Shown: positions 8,497-19,049 of the stretch, in pieces
Position numbering within the stretch: the first letter of the stretch is position 1
How the letters are laid out: every line of letters begins with the position of its first letter
Source: Candidatus Caldarchaeales archaeon
GTDB taxonomy: Archaea; Thermoproteota; Nitrososphaeria_A; Caldarchaeales; Wolframiiraptoraceae
Assembly: GCA_039630055.1 (NCBI GenBank)
Contig: JBCNVN010000009.1
Coordinates: forward strand, 1-41,968
Reading direction: 5' to 3'
DNA length: 41,968 nt
The notes under the pieces: model-generated
The model's input: only the letters and a program-made list of their open reading frames with translations
Databases searched by the model: none
Told to the model about the DNA's origin: nothing
Position numbers and translations under genes: made by a program

Positions 8497-9687
8497 TTGA
8501 TTAGGGATATAAAGAGTGTTGCGGTCATCGGAGCAGGGGCCATGGGTCATGGAATAGCTCAAGTCTTCGCTATGAAGGGATATGGTGTGAATATTGTAGA
8601 TGTAAGCGATGAGATATTGAAGAAGGCTTTACAGAATATCGAGTGGAGCCTGAACAAGTTTGTGGAGAAGAAGAAGATTAGAAGAGAAGATGTAGAAGCA
8701 TCACTATCGAGAATAAATGCTACAACATCATATGATGAAGCAGTTAAGGATGTAGATCTAGTGATAGAGGCTGTTCCAGAAGATCTCGAGTTGAAGAAGA
8801 AGATTTTCTCTAGAGTTGACAAGCTAGCTAGACCTGATACTATACTCGCTTCTAACACTTCTACTCTAAGTATTACTGAGATGGGTAGGGCTACCGGTAG
8901 ACCCGATAAGATGATCGGTATGCACTGGTTCAATCCACCACAATTGATGGAGTTGATAGAGGTTGTTAAAGGTGAGGATACGGATTGTGAAACAGTCGAT
9001 AAGATTATGGAGCTGAGTAGGAATCTTGGGAAAACCCCTATCCTATGTAAGAAGGATGTGAGAGGATTTATCGTTAACAGGATCCTAGGGATGGTGATTA
9101 ACGAGGCATACTGGACACAGTATAGAGGAGAAGCAAGTAGAGAAGGAATAGATTCATCTGTGAAATATGCTGGAGGCTTTCCCATGGGTTGGTTTGAGCT
9201 CTCCGATTATATAGGGCTCGACATAGTTTACGAGATGGGGAAAATCCTCTACAAAGCATATGGAGCGAGATTTGATCCTTGCCCAGAAGTTTTAGAACCA
9301 CTCTTAGAACAGAAAAAACTTGGACAGAAGACTGGTGCTGGTTTCTACGATTGGTCGAAGGGTAGACCTAGAATAAGATTCGAGCTATCCGGCGAGTATG
9401 ATGTTGAGAGATCCTGGGTGGTAGCGGTAAATGAGGCAGCATGGTTGGTATATGAAGAGGTGGCGGAGCCTGAGAGCATCGATACTGGTATGAAACTTGG
9501 AGCAGGATGGTCTCAAGGACCATGCGAATATGCCGATAGTAGAGGAGTAGACAACATCTTAAACAAGCTTAAACATCTATACGAGAAGTATGGGATGGAG
9601 ATGTATAATCCATGTCCATTACTTGTAGAGTATGTGGAGAAGAATATGGTTGGAAGATCTTCTGGAAGAGGTTTCTACAAATACTAG
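8497..9687 (+). CDS. 3-hydroxyacyl-CoA dehydrogenase (duplicated C-terminal domain)
   Basis: GAGAMGHGIA, IEAVPEDLELK, LASNTSTL, GMHWFNP, GFIVNR; two C-terminal repeats ending GxKxGxGFY. Confidence 0.93.
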   Translation: MIRDIKSVAVIGAGAMGHGIAQVFAMKGYGVNIVDVSDEILKKALQNIEWSLNKFVEKKKIRREDVEASLSRINATTSYDEAVKDVDLVIEAVPEDLELKKKIFSRVDKLARPDTILASNTSTLSITEMGRATGRPDKMIGMHWFNPPQLMELIEVVKGEDTDCETVDKIMELSRNLGKTPILCKKDVRGFIVNRILGMVINEAYWTQYRGEASREGIDSSVKYAGGFPMGWFELSDYIGLDIVYEMGKILYKAYGARFDPCPEVLEPLLEQKKLGQKTGAGFYDWSKGRPRIRFELSGEYDVERSWVVAVNEAAWLVYEEVAEPESIDTGMKLGAGWSQGPCEYADSRGVDNILNKLKHLYEKYGMEMYNPCPLLVEYVEKNMVGRSSGRGFYKY

Positions 9688-9844
9688 TCTCATCTCACAT
9701 ATTCCTCGATAGTTATTTTAACACCGTGAAACTCGACCATGAACATTATCTGTTGAGATATGATTAAGAATTTTAGGTTGAGAAGGGTTTTGAGAGAAGC
9801 ATACTAGATTGGATTCGAGCATTAAACGGTTCAAGACTTTAGGG

Positions 9845-11563
9845 TTATGGAATATTTTGAACTTTCTTCTTCTCTTCTTCTCTTAAAACTCTCTTCAGAA
9901 TCTTTCCAACTGAGGTTAGAGGTAACTCTTTCCTAAATTCAACCTCTCTGATCGCCTTGTATGGTGCAACCCGCTCATTTACAAACTTCATTATCTCTTC
10001 TCCGGTAGCTACTGCACCTTCCTTCAATACTATGAATGCTTTAGGAAGCTCACCAGAGACCGGGTCAGGCTTACCAACAACAGCGACGAGTTTTACAGCT
10101 GGATGCTCATATATGATATCTTCCAGCTCTCTCGGATAGATGCTGTAACCTTTATACTTGATCAAGTCTTTCTTCCTATCAATGATATAGAAGTATCCAT
10201 CTTCATCCATCTTCCCCAAATCACCTGTATGCAGCCATCCATCTCTTAGAGCTTCTACACTCTCTTCAGGCCTCTTCCAGTAGCCTTTCATGATCTGTGG
10301 CCCCTTGATTACTATCTCTCCAACCTCTCCTATCGGCATCTCATGTTCACCTGTCTCTAAATCAACTATCTTTGCATCTGTATCGGGTAGAGGGATACCT
10401 ATAGATCCTATCTTAACGGTCTTCATGGTCGGGTCGAAAGGGTTACAATGGGTTACAGGAGATGCTTCGGTTAACCCATATCCTTCAACCAGTACTGCAC
10501 CGGTCATCTCCATGAATCTCTTCTGAACTTCTGGAGGAAGAGGTGACGCACCTGAGATACAGAACCTTATAGAGTTGAGATTGTACTTCCTAGCTTCGGG
10601 ATGATCAACTATCAATGCATACATTGTAGGTACTCCTGGAAATAGTGTTACCTTATATCTCTCTATAGACTTCAATACATCTATCAACTGGAATCTTGGA
10701 AGTAGCACCATGGTTCCACCCGCATATATCAATAGGTTCATGGCCACGGTCATACCATAGATATGGAATAATGGAAGAACCGATAAGCCAACCTCTCCAC
10801 CTCTCTTAACCTTCAACCATGCTGCAAAGCTGACCGCATTAGATACTAGGTTGAAATGTGTTAACATGGCCCCTTTTGGAAGACCGGTAGTTCCACCGGT
10901 ATACTGTAGAGCTGCCAGATCTTTCTCTGGATCGATGTCTATTCTGGGAGGCTCCTCGAGAGCCATCTTTAAAGCCTTTCCAAAGAAGTATATGTTCTCT
11001 CTAGGTGCGATCTCGACCTTAGACATCTTCTTTGAGAGTATTTCTAGAATAGATTTAATCTTCGGGATATACTCTGCTAATCTAACGATGATAACGGATC
11101 TTACTTGAGTCTTCTCCCAGACCTTTTCAAATCTTGGGAACAATGTATCTAGTATAACGATTGCTTTCGCTTCTGAGTCTGACAACTGGAACTCAAGCTC
11201 CCTCTCTACGAATAGAGGGTTTATCCCCGTAACTATCGCACCGATCTTCAAAGCCCCATAATATGCAATTACAAACTGAGGCATATTTGGTAGGTATAAT
11301 CCAACTACATCACCCTTTCTTATACCCATACCATAGAGCGCGGTCGCAAACCTATTCACCAACCTGTTTAACTCTCTATAACTGATCTTTTTCCCCAGGA
11401 AGATTATAGCATCTCTATCTGGAAATTCTTGAGCAGTCTTCTCCAGTAGAGAGTATAATGGAACCTTGGGGTATTCTAAAGATTTAGGAATACTCTCAGG
11501 CCAATTCTTAAACCATGGCTTCTCAGAAGACATGATCGCTGATAATATGTTTTGCTCAGACAA
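9845..11563 (-). CDS. Long-chain fatty acid--CoA ligase (FadD-like)
   Basis: YTGGTTGLPKG, EGYGLTEASP, GWLHTGD, DRKKD, GKILKR. Confidence 0.93.
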   Translation of the reverse strand: MSEQNILSAIMSSEKPWFKNWPESIPKSLEYPKVPLYSLLEKTAQEFPDRDAIIFLGKKISYRELNRLVNRFATALYGMGIRKGDVVGLYLPNMPQFVIAYYGALKIGAIVTGINPLFVERELEFQLSDSEAKAIVILDTLFPRFEKVWEKTQVRSVIIVRLAEYIPKIKSILEILSKKMSKVEIAPRENIYFFGKALKMALEEPPRIDIDPEKDLAALQYTGGTTGLPKGAMLTHFNLVSNAVSFAAWLKVKRGGEVGLSVLPLFHIYGMTVAMNLLIYAGGTMVLLPRFQLIDVLKSIERYKVTLFPGVPTMYALIVDHPEARKYNLNSIRFCISGASPLPPEVQKRFMEMTGAVLVEGYGLTEASPVTHCNPFDPTMKTVKIGSIGIPLPDTDAKIVDLETGEHEMPIGEVGEIVIKGPQIMKGYWKRPEESVEALRDGWLHTGDLGKMDEDGYFYIIDRKKDLIKYKGYSIYPRELEDIIYEHPAVKLVAVVGKPDPVSGELPKAFIVLKEGAVATGEEIMKFVNERVAPYKAIREVEFRKELPLTSVGKILKRVLREEEKKKVQNIP

Positions 11564-11657
11564 TTATAATCTTTCTTTAACTAATTTTTTGATTTAGATC
11601 TTCAGAGACTTTATAAGAAGGTCTTTGAAGATGCCTCGGATTTTATATGAACATTTA

Positions 11658-12623
11658 CTATTTTATTAGGGGGATCCAAGATAATTCAGCTAAGTCATAC
11701 TGCATTCTAGCAATCGTGGATACTCCTTCATATATTCTCAGTTCTCTCGATGTTAGACGGCTTAGAGTCAACTCTACTTTAATCCTCTCAATTCTATCCA
11801 ACACATTCGGCAGAAGCTCTCTCTCCTGATTGAAGAATACTCTATACACATCGTCATGATTATCTATTAAGAGTGTTTTCGAGATGCTTAGCTTCTCTAA
11901 GAATAGTTTATCGAGGATCTTCACCAATCCCTCCTCTGTGATCGAAGCTATCTCCGATGCTCTATCATTGATATCTTCTAAGAGATGGGCGGCCACTCTA
12001 AAGTCGAGTAGGTTTATGTTGGTTAAGTCTAGCTGGTTCTGTAGAGTTGGATCCTCTGCACAGCTTCTGAGAATTCTTACTGTGTAGAAATATAGTTTAT
12101 CTACTTCTTCATCTCTCTGAACTACTCTCTCAGCAAGCTGGATATCTTCTTCCAAGATAGATGTGATGGAATCTTCTATAGATTCTCTAGAGATCTGCCA
12201 CATCCTCTTTATCATATCTATAGGTTGAACCTCTAATGGATCTACTAGTACTTTCAATGTGAGCCTATCATTACTGCGCTCTAGTATCTCTAGACCCATC
12301 AGCTTGTTTTTAACCTTCAAGAATTCTAGTTCAAATAGGTCTTGAACCATTCGAGGAATATCTATAATGATGACATTGTATCCAAGTAGGTATGCTGCGA
12401 TGATACTGTTTACCAGATAGACAACATCTCCATTATATCTTAGATGCATAGTCTTCTTCGCTTTTTCCAAGCTAAGAGCTCTTATAATTATGGCTTCTTT
12501 AGTGATCTCTAGCTCAACATTATCTCCTTGTTTTAGCCCTCTAACTTCTACCCATTCTCTCGGTAGACTTACAACTAGCGACCCACCACTCTTCATTATA
12601 CTTCTAACTGCTCTAGTGCTCAT
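11658..12623 (-). CDS. AbrB/SpoVT-PhoU family transcriptional regulator
   Basis: N-terminal GGSLVVSLPREWV (AbrB fold), AAYLLGY, RDEEVDKLYF and LEDINDRA (PhoU repeat). Confidence 0.85.
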   Translation of the reverse strand: MSTRAVRSIMKSGGSLVVSLPREWVEVRGLKQGDNVELEITKEAIIIRALSLEKAKKTMHLRYNGDVVYLVNSIIAAYLLGYNVIIIDIPRMVQDLFELEFLKVKNKLMGLEILERSNDRLTLKVLVDPLEVQPIDMIKRMWQISRESIEDSITSILEEDIQLAERVVQRDEEVDKLYFYTVRILRSCAEDPTLQNQLDLTNINLLDFRVAAHLLEDINDRASEIASITEEGLVKILDKLFLEKLSISKTLLIDNHDDVYRVFFNQERELLPNVLDRIERIKVELTLSRLTSRELRIYEGVSTIARMQYDLAELSWIPLIK

Positions 12624-12628
12624 GGTTT

Positions 12629-12684
12629 ATACATATTGATACATATTAATATGGATTTTCATGATGAAATCTTGATATATATCA
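12629..12684. promoter_or_regulatory. Candidate operator sites in the divergent PhoU-regulator / S-component promoter
   Basis: Direct repeat ATACATATT x2 (12629-12647), near-palindrome GATTTTCATGATGAAATC (12654-12671), perfect palindrome TGATATATATCA (12673-12684). Confidence 0.4.
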
Positions 12685-12710
12685 TGACCTCATAGTCGTC
12701 GAAGAAAAAT

Positions 12711-13460
12711 ATGAAAACCGATTGGAGAGAGAGGAAGAGCATAAAAGTAGCTCTAATCTCATTTAATGGAGCACTTTATGCATCTGTCGGTGTAGCCACC
12801 TATCTCGGAATATTCACACCGGTCTTCGGCACCGTGAGGTTCTGGCCATCGGTAGTGATCCCGGCAGCATTCTCTATTCTTTTCTCTCCATGGATAGGGG
12901 CCGTGGGAGCGGCCATCGGGATATTTATAAGTGATATGGCTATACATGGAAACCCAGTGCTTAGTATTACGGTAGGTGTTCCATCAAATTTTATCGGATT
13001 CTATATCATAGGCTTGCTAGCACGTGGTAAGCTGACCACATCTAAAAAATTATTCTCTAGTGTTGTACAGGTGATACCGCTGACTGCTGCAATAGCTCAA
13101 TACTTATCTGGAGCTTTAGATGAAACCACATCATACATATTTATGATGGTTACAGCCATCGTATTGATCGTCAGCATCGGATTCGCCCAGTTCAAACCCC
13201 AGTATTCTAAGATAATCTATGCTTCATCGATAGGATTGATGGTTGGAAGCGCTATAATCGGTCTAGGCCTCTGGGCTTATAGCCAGTTCGCAATACTGCC
13301 TTTCGGAGTTTTAAATGCACCAATAGTAGCTGCATTAACATGGTTTCTCTGGACATATCTGACAGAGATACCATTCCTAGTATTCTTACTGCCTCCAATA
13401 ATATATGCTGTTATCAAGGCTATGCCTGAGAGAGTTGAGGTAGAAGCGATAACACGTTGA
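12711..13460 (+). CDS. ECF-type transporter substrate-binding (S) component, QueT/PanT-like
   Basis: Multi-TM; ALYA, VRFWPSVVIP, GAVGAAIGIFISD S-component-like motifs. Confidence 0.7.
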   Translation: MKTDWRERKSIKVALISFNGALYASVGVATYLGIFTPVFGTVRFWPSVVIPAAFSILFSPWIGAVGAAIGIFISDMAIHGNPVLSITVGVPSNFIGFYIIGLLARGKLTTSKKLFSSVVQVIPLTAAIAQYLSGALDETTSYIFMMVTAIVLIVSIGFAQFKPQYSKIIYASSIGLMVGSAIIGLGLWAYSQFAILPFGVLNAPIVAALTWFLWTYLTEIPFLVFLLPPIIYAVIKAMPERVEVEAITR

Positions 13461-13473
13461 GAGAAGGTGGAGA

Positions 13474-14433
13474 TTGATGAGGTGTGGTTACGCATACTTT
13501 CCATCAGCCCTCTCAAGCATATTCTCTCCAAAGATCAGACCAGCCATATCAAACATTGATGTTAAGCTAGATAGGATCGGAGCTAGAGGTGGAGGCTTCT
13601 CTCTAGCTAAAGGTGTTGAGACATGGGTTAAGATATATCCAGAAGAAGCAGATGGGATCGATGTAGTAGTGAATGAGAGTATAAGAGATTTTCCCCCATC
13701 AATAGAGGCTGCCGAGGAGATGAAGAGGAGGTATGGGATAAGGGGTAGGATAGAGATTAGACATAGAATACATGTACCTATTAGTACAGGCTTCGGCTCA
13801 AGTGCATCATCCGCGGCAGGGGTAATACTAGCATTATCAAATCTCATAGGTAGAGGGATAACTTTGAACGAAGTAGTTAGGATAACCCATGAAGTTGAGT
13901 TAAGATGTAGAACTGGATTGAATAGTGAGGCGGGATTAGTATCTGGTGGACTAGTACTGGTACTGAGAGAGGGTTCACCGCCTAGAAGCATGGTGGACAG
14001 CATACCACTACCTTCAAATGTAAAATTAGTTGCCCTCGTATCACAACCTATCGAGACGCCGAAGTCACTGATAGAGCTATCAAAACTAGAGCATATAGAA
14101 GAGGTTGGAGATAAATATCTAGCGATGATCTTGAAGAGGCCGACCGTCGAGAATTTTTTAAAGTATTCTAGAGAGTTCGCATACGAGTCGGGGTTTGCAT
14201 CAAACAATATTGAAGAATTCTTTAAAGTATTTGAGAGGCTACCAGTAGTGGGATATGCTCAAAACATGCTTGGTGAAGCAGTGCATGCACTGGTCTATGA
14301 CAAAGATTTAGAATATGTCTTGAGAGAGTTAAAAGAGACTTTTCCAGATAAAAAGCTTATCGTATCAGAGATAAACTCTCTCTGTAGCGTTTCTTCGAAG
14401 ATTACTAAATCTATAGAGCTTGAAAGATCTTAG
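13474..14433 (+). CDS. GHMP-family kinase, probable pantoate kinase
   Basis: GARGGGF, PISTGFGSSA (GHMP P-loop), HEVEL..RTGL, SREFA, QNMLGEAV. Confidence 0.78.
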   Translation: MMRCGYAYFPSALSSIFSPKIRPAISNIDVKLDRIGARGGGFSLAKGVETWVKIYPEEADGIDVVVNESIRDFPPSIEAAEEMKRRYGIRGRIEIRHRIHVPISTGFGSSASSAAGVILALSNLIGRGITLNEVVRITHEVELRCRTGLNSEAGLVSGGLVLVLREGSPPRSMVDSIPLPSNVKLVALVSQPIETPKSLIELSKLEHIEEVGDKYLAMILKRPTVENFLKYSREFAYESGFASNNIEEFFKVFERLPVVGYAQNMLGEAVHALVYDKDLEYVLRELKETFPDKKLIVSEINSLCSVSSKITKSIELERS

Positions 14434-14470
14434 ATGTGGAGGGCCACCACTCTCAGATAGATAAGTAGGA

Positions 14471-15673
14471 CTAGGTATTAGCTCTAATATCGTTTCGTTT
14501 TTCAGCCACGAGATGATTGAAGATCTCTATGAACTCTTTTTCTTTACCTGAAGGTATCAATGCAGAGGCGGCGAAGCTGTGACCGTCTCCTGAGCCTCCA
14601 ACGGCTTCTGCTGATCTCATAGTTAGCTCAGATGCTGGAGGCATCTTACCCAACTTAACATCCTCACCTAGATCTTTAGGTGTTCTCACAGAGACTTTAA
14701 CCCATTCTCCTTCAACTCTTCCTAGACTTGGTAGCTCAGGCTCAAAGTTCATGAAACCTACCAGGTACTTATTTGGAGAGATGATCTTCTTATAGCTTAA
14801 CATGGAGCAGAATGTTCCAAGAGTCTTCGTGCCTAAACCATTGAAAAGATCGTTTATGTGGAACCATTGAACCATTCCATCAAACTTAAGCTTGTACCTG
14901 GATAATATGGCGAATGCTTTACTGAACCTATTCTTTCTTTCCTCTTCCATCTCCTCCGCCTCTCTAAAATCTATCTTACGTGATAGTAGATAGTCAATTA
15001 CCCGATATGGCCCCCTCCGATAGTATCCTATACTACCTATCGCTGTTAAAGTAGAAGAGAGCTTGGTCCAAGATTTATTAAAGAACTTTACGATATAGGA
15101 TTCTTCACGATCTCTCCTAACCTCTACACTACCTACTCTTACAGAGTCTTCTAAAGGTATCTTGTTCAAGCCTGTTATCATACCTGGAATCTCAGCCGAG
15201 CCTACTACCGCCATCCATGCAGAATCTTGTATGTCGGTCAGCTTACGCATCAGCAAGTAGGTCGCGGTAGAGCCGCTGACATCTCTCTCACCGCTAAAAC
15301 CATAGAGCTCTGGATTCAAATTTACTACTAGTTGACTTTCAACTTTAATGGGATCATGATGGTCGAGGATTATAGCTCTTGAGCCCGTATCATTGCTCAT
15401 CTCAGCGATAAGATCTACTCTACCAGATCCTATATCTAGGAATATGTAGAGTCCGCATCCAGTAGAGTAGACTAGTTTTAGTATGGCTGGATGAATCTTC
15501 TCGATGCATATCAGTTTATGTTCTAATTCGATCTTTTTTAATGCTGAAGCCGAGATACCTGCAGCGCATAATCCATCCGCATCATTATGGAAGACTAGAC
15601 CGACTGAGCCGCTCCATCCTCTAATCTCCTCCGCTACCTTCTCGATCAATCTAAAGTATTCTTCCTCCCCCAT
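14471..15673 (-). CDS. DHH/DHHA1 phosphoesterase, RecJ/GAN-like
   Basis: HNDADG, LDIGSG, LDHH, LNPELYG, KVSVR, GSGDGH. Confidence 0.85.
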   Translation of the reverse strand: MGEEEYFRLIEKVAEEIRGWSGSVGLVFHNDADGLCAAGISASALKKIELEHKLICIEKIHPAILKLVYSTGCGLYIFLDIGSGRVDLIAEMSNDTGSRAIILDHHDPIKVESQLVVNLNPELYGFSGERDVSGSTATYLLMRKLTDIQDSAWMAVVGSAEIPGMITGLNKIPLEDSVRVGSVEVRRDREESYIVKFFNKSWTKLSSTLTAIGSIGYYRRGPYRVIDYLLSRKIDFREAEEMEEERKNRFSKAFAILSRYKLKFDGMVQWFHINDLFNGLGTKTLGTFCSMLSYKKIISPNKYLVGFMNFEPELPSLGRVEGEWVKVSVRTPKDLGEDVKLGKMPPASELTMRSAEAVGGSGDGHSFAASALIPSGKEKEFIEIFNHLVAEKRNDIRANT

Positions 15674-15787
15674 CTCTAGATCAATATGATGTGAAGAAGC
15701 TAATAACTAGTTTCTAAAGACTTATAAGATGATGGGGTAGGTATCGGAGCGTTCTTAAATACTAGACTAGAGGCATATCTCTAGAAC

Positions 15788-16627
15788 ATGGATCTACGTG
15801 GAGCTATTACAGTGGCCTCACTGGCTTCTCTAATCATTATAAGCTCTATAGTACTATTCTTAATACTTTCTCCAGCCTTCAGCCCATACCTCAATTTCTC
15901 TGAAGAATTCTATGAAGGTGTTAGACTGATAGTCTGTAAACCAGAGGTTCAGACCTCTCCAGCATTGATAGTAGTTCATGGAGGAAAAGCATCGAGTAGA
16001 ACATCTGTAGAATTCTGTAGAGGCTTTTATGAGAGATTAAACGATCTAAAAATCACGGTTATATCAGTCGACTATCCTGAGAACCTAACTCTAGTGGAGG
16101 AAATAGAATATGTTATCAAGTCTGTGGAATATGCTGAGACTAGAAAATTCATAGATAGAGAAAAGATATGTGTTCTCGGTGTGAGTAGGGGTGGATATCT
16201 AGCATTGATGACCGCGGTAAAAACTAACGTTAAATGCGTAGTTGATGCTTATGGGCCTACAGATCTTAAAGATATGTTTGGATATGCTAGAGGGGATCCC
16301 GCCTTATGGTCTGAGTGGCAATGGTACTACGTAAGCTTGATGGAGTATGCTGAGTCTAGAGATATAGATGAAGAGAAAGTGATGGGAGACCTATCTCCAT
16401 TGAATAATGCTAGGCTTATCGAGGAAGACGTCTTAATAATGCATGGTCTAAACGATGAATCTATTCCGCCTAAGCACAGTATCATGTTGACTGATGCCTT
16501 CAGGTCGGTTGGAAAAACAAATTATATCCTTAAACTGTATGAAGATGAAGTTCATGGATTCTCTCTTCTGAAAGGTAGACCTTACGAAGACCTAAGAGAA
16601 TTCTTGTCAAATGTATTTGAAGATTAG
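15788..16627 (+). CDS. Membrane-anchored alpha/beta hydrolase (peptidase S9/esterase-like)
   Basis: N-terminal TM, VHGG oxyanion motif, GVSRGG nucleophile, HGLND and HGF triad motifs. Confidence 0.82.
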   Translation: MDLRGAITVASLASLIIISSIVLFLILSPAFSPYLNFSEEFYEGVRLIVCKPEVQTSPALIVVHGGKASSRTSVEFCRGFYERLNDLKITVISVDYPENLTLVEEIEYVIKSVEYAETRKFIDREKICVLGVSRGGYLALMTAVKTNVKCVVDAYGPTDLKDMFGYARGDPALWSEWQWYYVSLMEYAESRDIDEEKVMGDLSPLNNARLIEEDVLIMHGLNDESIPPKHSIMLTDAFRSVGKTNYILKLYEDEVHGFSLLKGRPYEDLREFLSNVFED

Positions 16628-16631
16628 AAGT

Positions 16632-18905
16632 CTAAAAGAAGTCTGTTAAAGTTGCTTCACTAGTCTTCTTTAATTCTTCAAGCTTAACACCCAGAGGTTC
16701 AAGTATACGCATACATGCCGATAAGACCTGCTTATCCCTATAGTATTCCCAGTCAACTTCATCTCTATCAACTTTGAAGTATGGTTTAACCCTCTTGTAA
16801 AGTGGCCCAGCACCTTTAACGATTATGTATCCTACTTTATCTCCAGGCTGTATCCTCCAACCTTCCATCATCAATTGGCGTGCAACTACTATATGGGGCT
16901 GAGTAGCTTCATACTCTTCTATAGGTCTAGTAATCTGCTTCCATAAGATTAGCTCTTCCAATCTTACCTCTCTATTCATGATCTTCCTAACATACTTTCT
17001 TATAGTGTTTAGAGCCTCCGAGACGTCTCCCGTCTCCAGTAATGTCTTCACAGTCTCTTCTTGAACCTCCCTAGCTATGAGGCTCCAATCACCTCTTACA
17101 GCCTCTAAACCAACTATATCCATCTTCGAGTCTTCCCGAATACCAGCATACTTCTTCTTGGCTTCTGTAAACAGTATCCTCTTATAGATCTTCTCAACTT
17201 TAACCTCTAGCTCGAGGTTTTCTTCGATCCATCTTAAGAATAAATCTAGTTTTCCAGAATAATTTTTAAGGAAGAGGGAGTCGGTATCAGAATATATTAC
17301 ATTCATTCCAAGCTCTTCTGCCTTCTTTATAGATTCTGATATTACCTGTCTACCCCAGCTAGTAGTAGCTTCAGCCACCTCCCTTGTATACCATCTGGCC
17401 CCAGACCATCCAGTATATCCATAAACAGCATTGGTTATGACTTTGACAGCTCTCTGACGAGCGTTAAGGACCCTTGCCTCTATAGATTCTTGGTCAATAT
17501 TCTTGAGCCTCTCCTGTATCTTCCTCCTCTCATTTATGAGGTTTTTTAACGCGTAGGGAAGAAAGCCTTCAGGCTCTCTCTTAAATCTAAAATTATTTGG
17601 AGAAATGTATTCGCCGTCTTCACTTAATGTATCGAATGATATATTATATTTTATCATTATGCTTGGATACATAGACCTGAAATCGGCTACGGCAACATCT
17701 TGATGAATCCCGGGCTTAGGGCTTTGGACCAATCCACCTGTATATGAAACATGGCTGATCTCAGGCCTCTTAGGTATAAGCTCACCCTTCTCAAAGGCCA
17801 GATACATCAAATAATTCTCGACCCTAAAACCTGTAGAAGCTGTAAGTACATAGTCTGCAGGCATACCGGTCAGCTCGCTGAGGCTGAATATGTAGTCTTT
17901 TAAAACTTCATAGCACTTTAACATGGCTTCAGCCCTCTGCGATGAGAATTTCTTAACTCTCTCAGGCTCCTTCATCCAGACCTCGGCCACCTTCCAGTCT
18001 TCCACCTTATCGAACTCATGCTCTAACCCTAGATAGGCTGTAAATTCTTCTAGAGTCTCAACTATGAGTTCAGGTATATCTCTAACCATATCTTCTAGAT
18101 CTATATTCAATCTACCTCTTATCGATACGTGTCCATATATGCTTGTATGAGGTTCTGAGCCAAGCCTACCTAGGGAGAGGCTTAATCCATATCTTTTAGC
18201 TCTCTCCAAGAGATAGCTCCAGTGAATCCTATTTGTAGAGAATCCAACTATCACGTCTGGATCTTCTTCTTCAATGATCTTCAAGAATTCTCTAAGGATC
18301 TTTTCTTCATCCCCGGTCAACTGAGTCTTTAAACCTCTCGATGTTGTTAGAGATATCAGTATTATCGGATCTCTATCAGGCCTAGGTGAACCACTAACAG
18401 AATAGTAGACGATATCGAGGGATAGTACGTGGAGTGGAGGAGGGATTGTATCCGAAACATACTCTATCTTGTCTGCTTCTAATGTTTTGATGGGCTCGTC
18501 GTCGACAATTCTATCTTCAATCCTCAAGCCTCCAGAAGGTCTTAAATTATTTTCTATCAAATATTTTATAGATGGTCTAACATCTTCTTCATACAATTCG
18601 ATATCTCTCAGATCTTTTACAATCTTCTTCGCTGCGGTCTCGATATCTTCTACATCAAGATAAACCTTTATAGCTTTAACATTTCTACCCTTAATCTTCC
18701 TATCTACTTCCTCTACTCTAATTCCCTGCGCTGTTAAATATTCTACGACTTCTCTACGCTTATTCGTTAAGATGTAGAAGCTTAGAGAATATCTCTGCTT
18801 TACTAAGTAGGTTAAGCCATCTCGATCTTTACACCACATCCAGATTACAGGCTTACCGTCTTCAATCTCAACAGCAATGTCTAGAAGCCATAAAACTCTA
18901 TTCAT
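16632..18905 (-). CDS. polB: Family B DNA polymerase (PolB3-like) with degenerate exonuclease domain
   Basis: DFRSMYPSIM, KVITNAVYGYTG, YSDTDSLF, KKKYAG, GLEAVRGDW. Confidence 0.94.
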   Translation of the reverse strand: MNRVLWLLDIAVEIEDGKPVIWMWCKDRDGLTYLVKQRYSLSFYILTNKRREVVEYLTAQGIRVEEVDRKIKGRNVKAIKVYLDVEDIETAAKKIVKDLRDIELYEEDVRPSIKYLIENNLRPSGGLRIEDRIVDDEPIKTLEADKIEYVSDTIPPPLHVLSLDIVYYSVSGSPRPDRDPIILISLTTSRGLKTQLTGDEEKILREFLKIIEEEDPDVIVGFSTNRIHWSYLLERAKRYGLSLSLGRLGSEPHTSIYGHVSIRGRLNIDLEDMVRDIPELIVETLEEFTAYLGLEHEFDKVEDWKVAEVWMKEPERVKKFSSQRAEAMLKCYEVLKDYIFSLSELTGMPADYVLTASTGFRVENYLMYLAFEKGELIPKRPEISHVSYTGGLVQSPKPGIHQDVAVADFRSMYPSIMIKYNISFDTLSEDGEYISPNNFRFKREPEGFLPYALKNLINERRKIQERLKNIDQESIEARVLNARQRAVKVITNAVYGYTGWSGARWYTREVAEATTSWGRQVISESIKKAEELGMNVIYSDTDSLFLKNYSGKLDLFLRWIEENLELEVKVEKIYKRILFTEAKKKYAGIREDSKMDIVGLEAVRGDWSLIAREVQEETVKTLLETGDVSEALNTIRKYVRKIMNREVRLEELILWKQITRPIEEYEATQPHIVVARQLMMEGWRIQPGDKVGYIIVKGAGPLYKRVKPYFKVDRDEVDWEYYRDKQVLSACMRILEPLGVKLEELKKTSEATLTDFF

Positions 18906-19049
18906 TCTCTATTAGATTGTGTTTGAAGGGAGTAAATAAATTTGGACCATGAAAGATAGAGATAATAATATTGGAGTATTTCTGATTTTATATCCGAGGC
19001 TTTAGGCCGGCTCGATCGATCCAGTAGGTAGTATGTCAACCAGCATCAT

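Noticed and set aside
18985-19049. Possible sRNA upstream of polB (ATGATG on the minus strand, GC-richer patch)
   Set aside because: No clear D box or stable stem; insufficient support.
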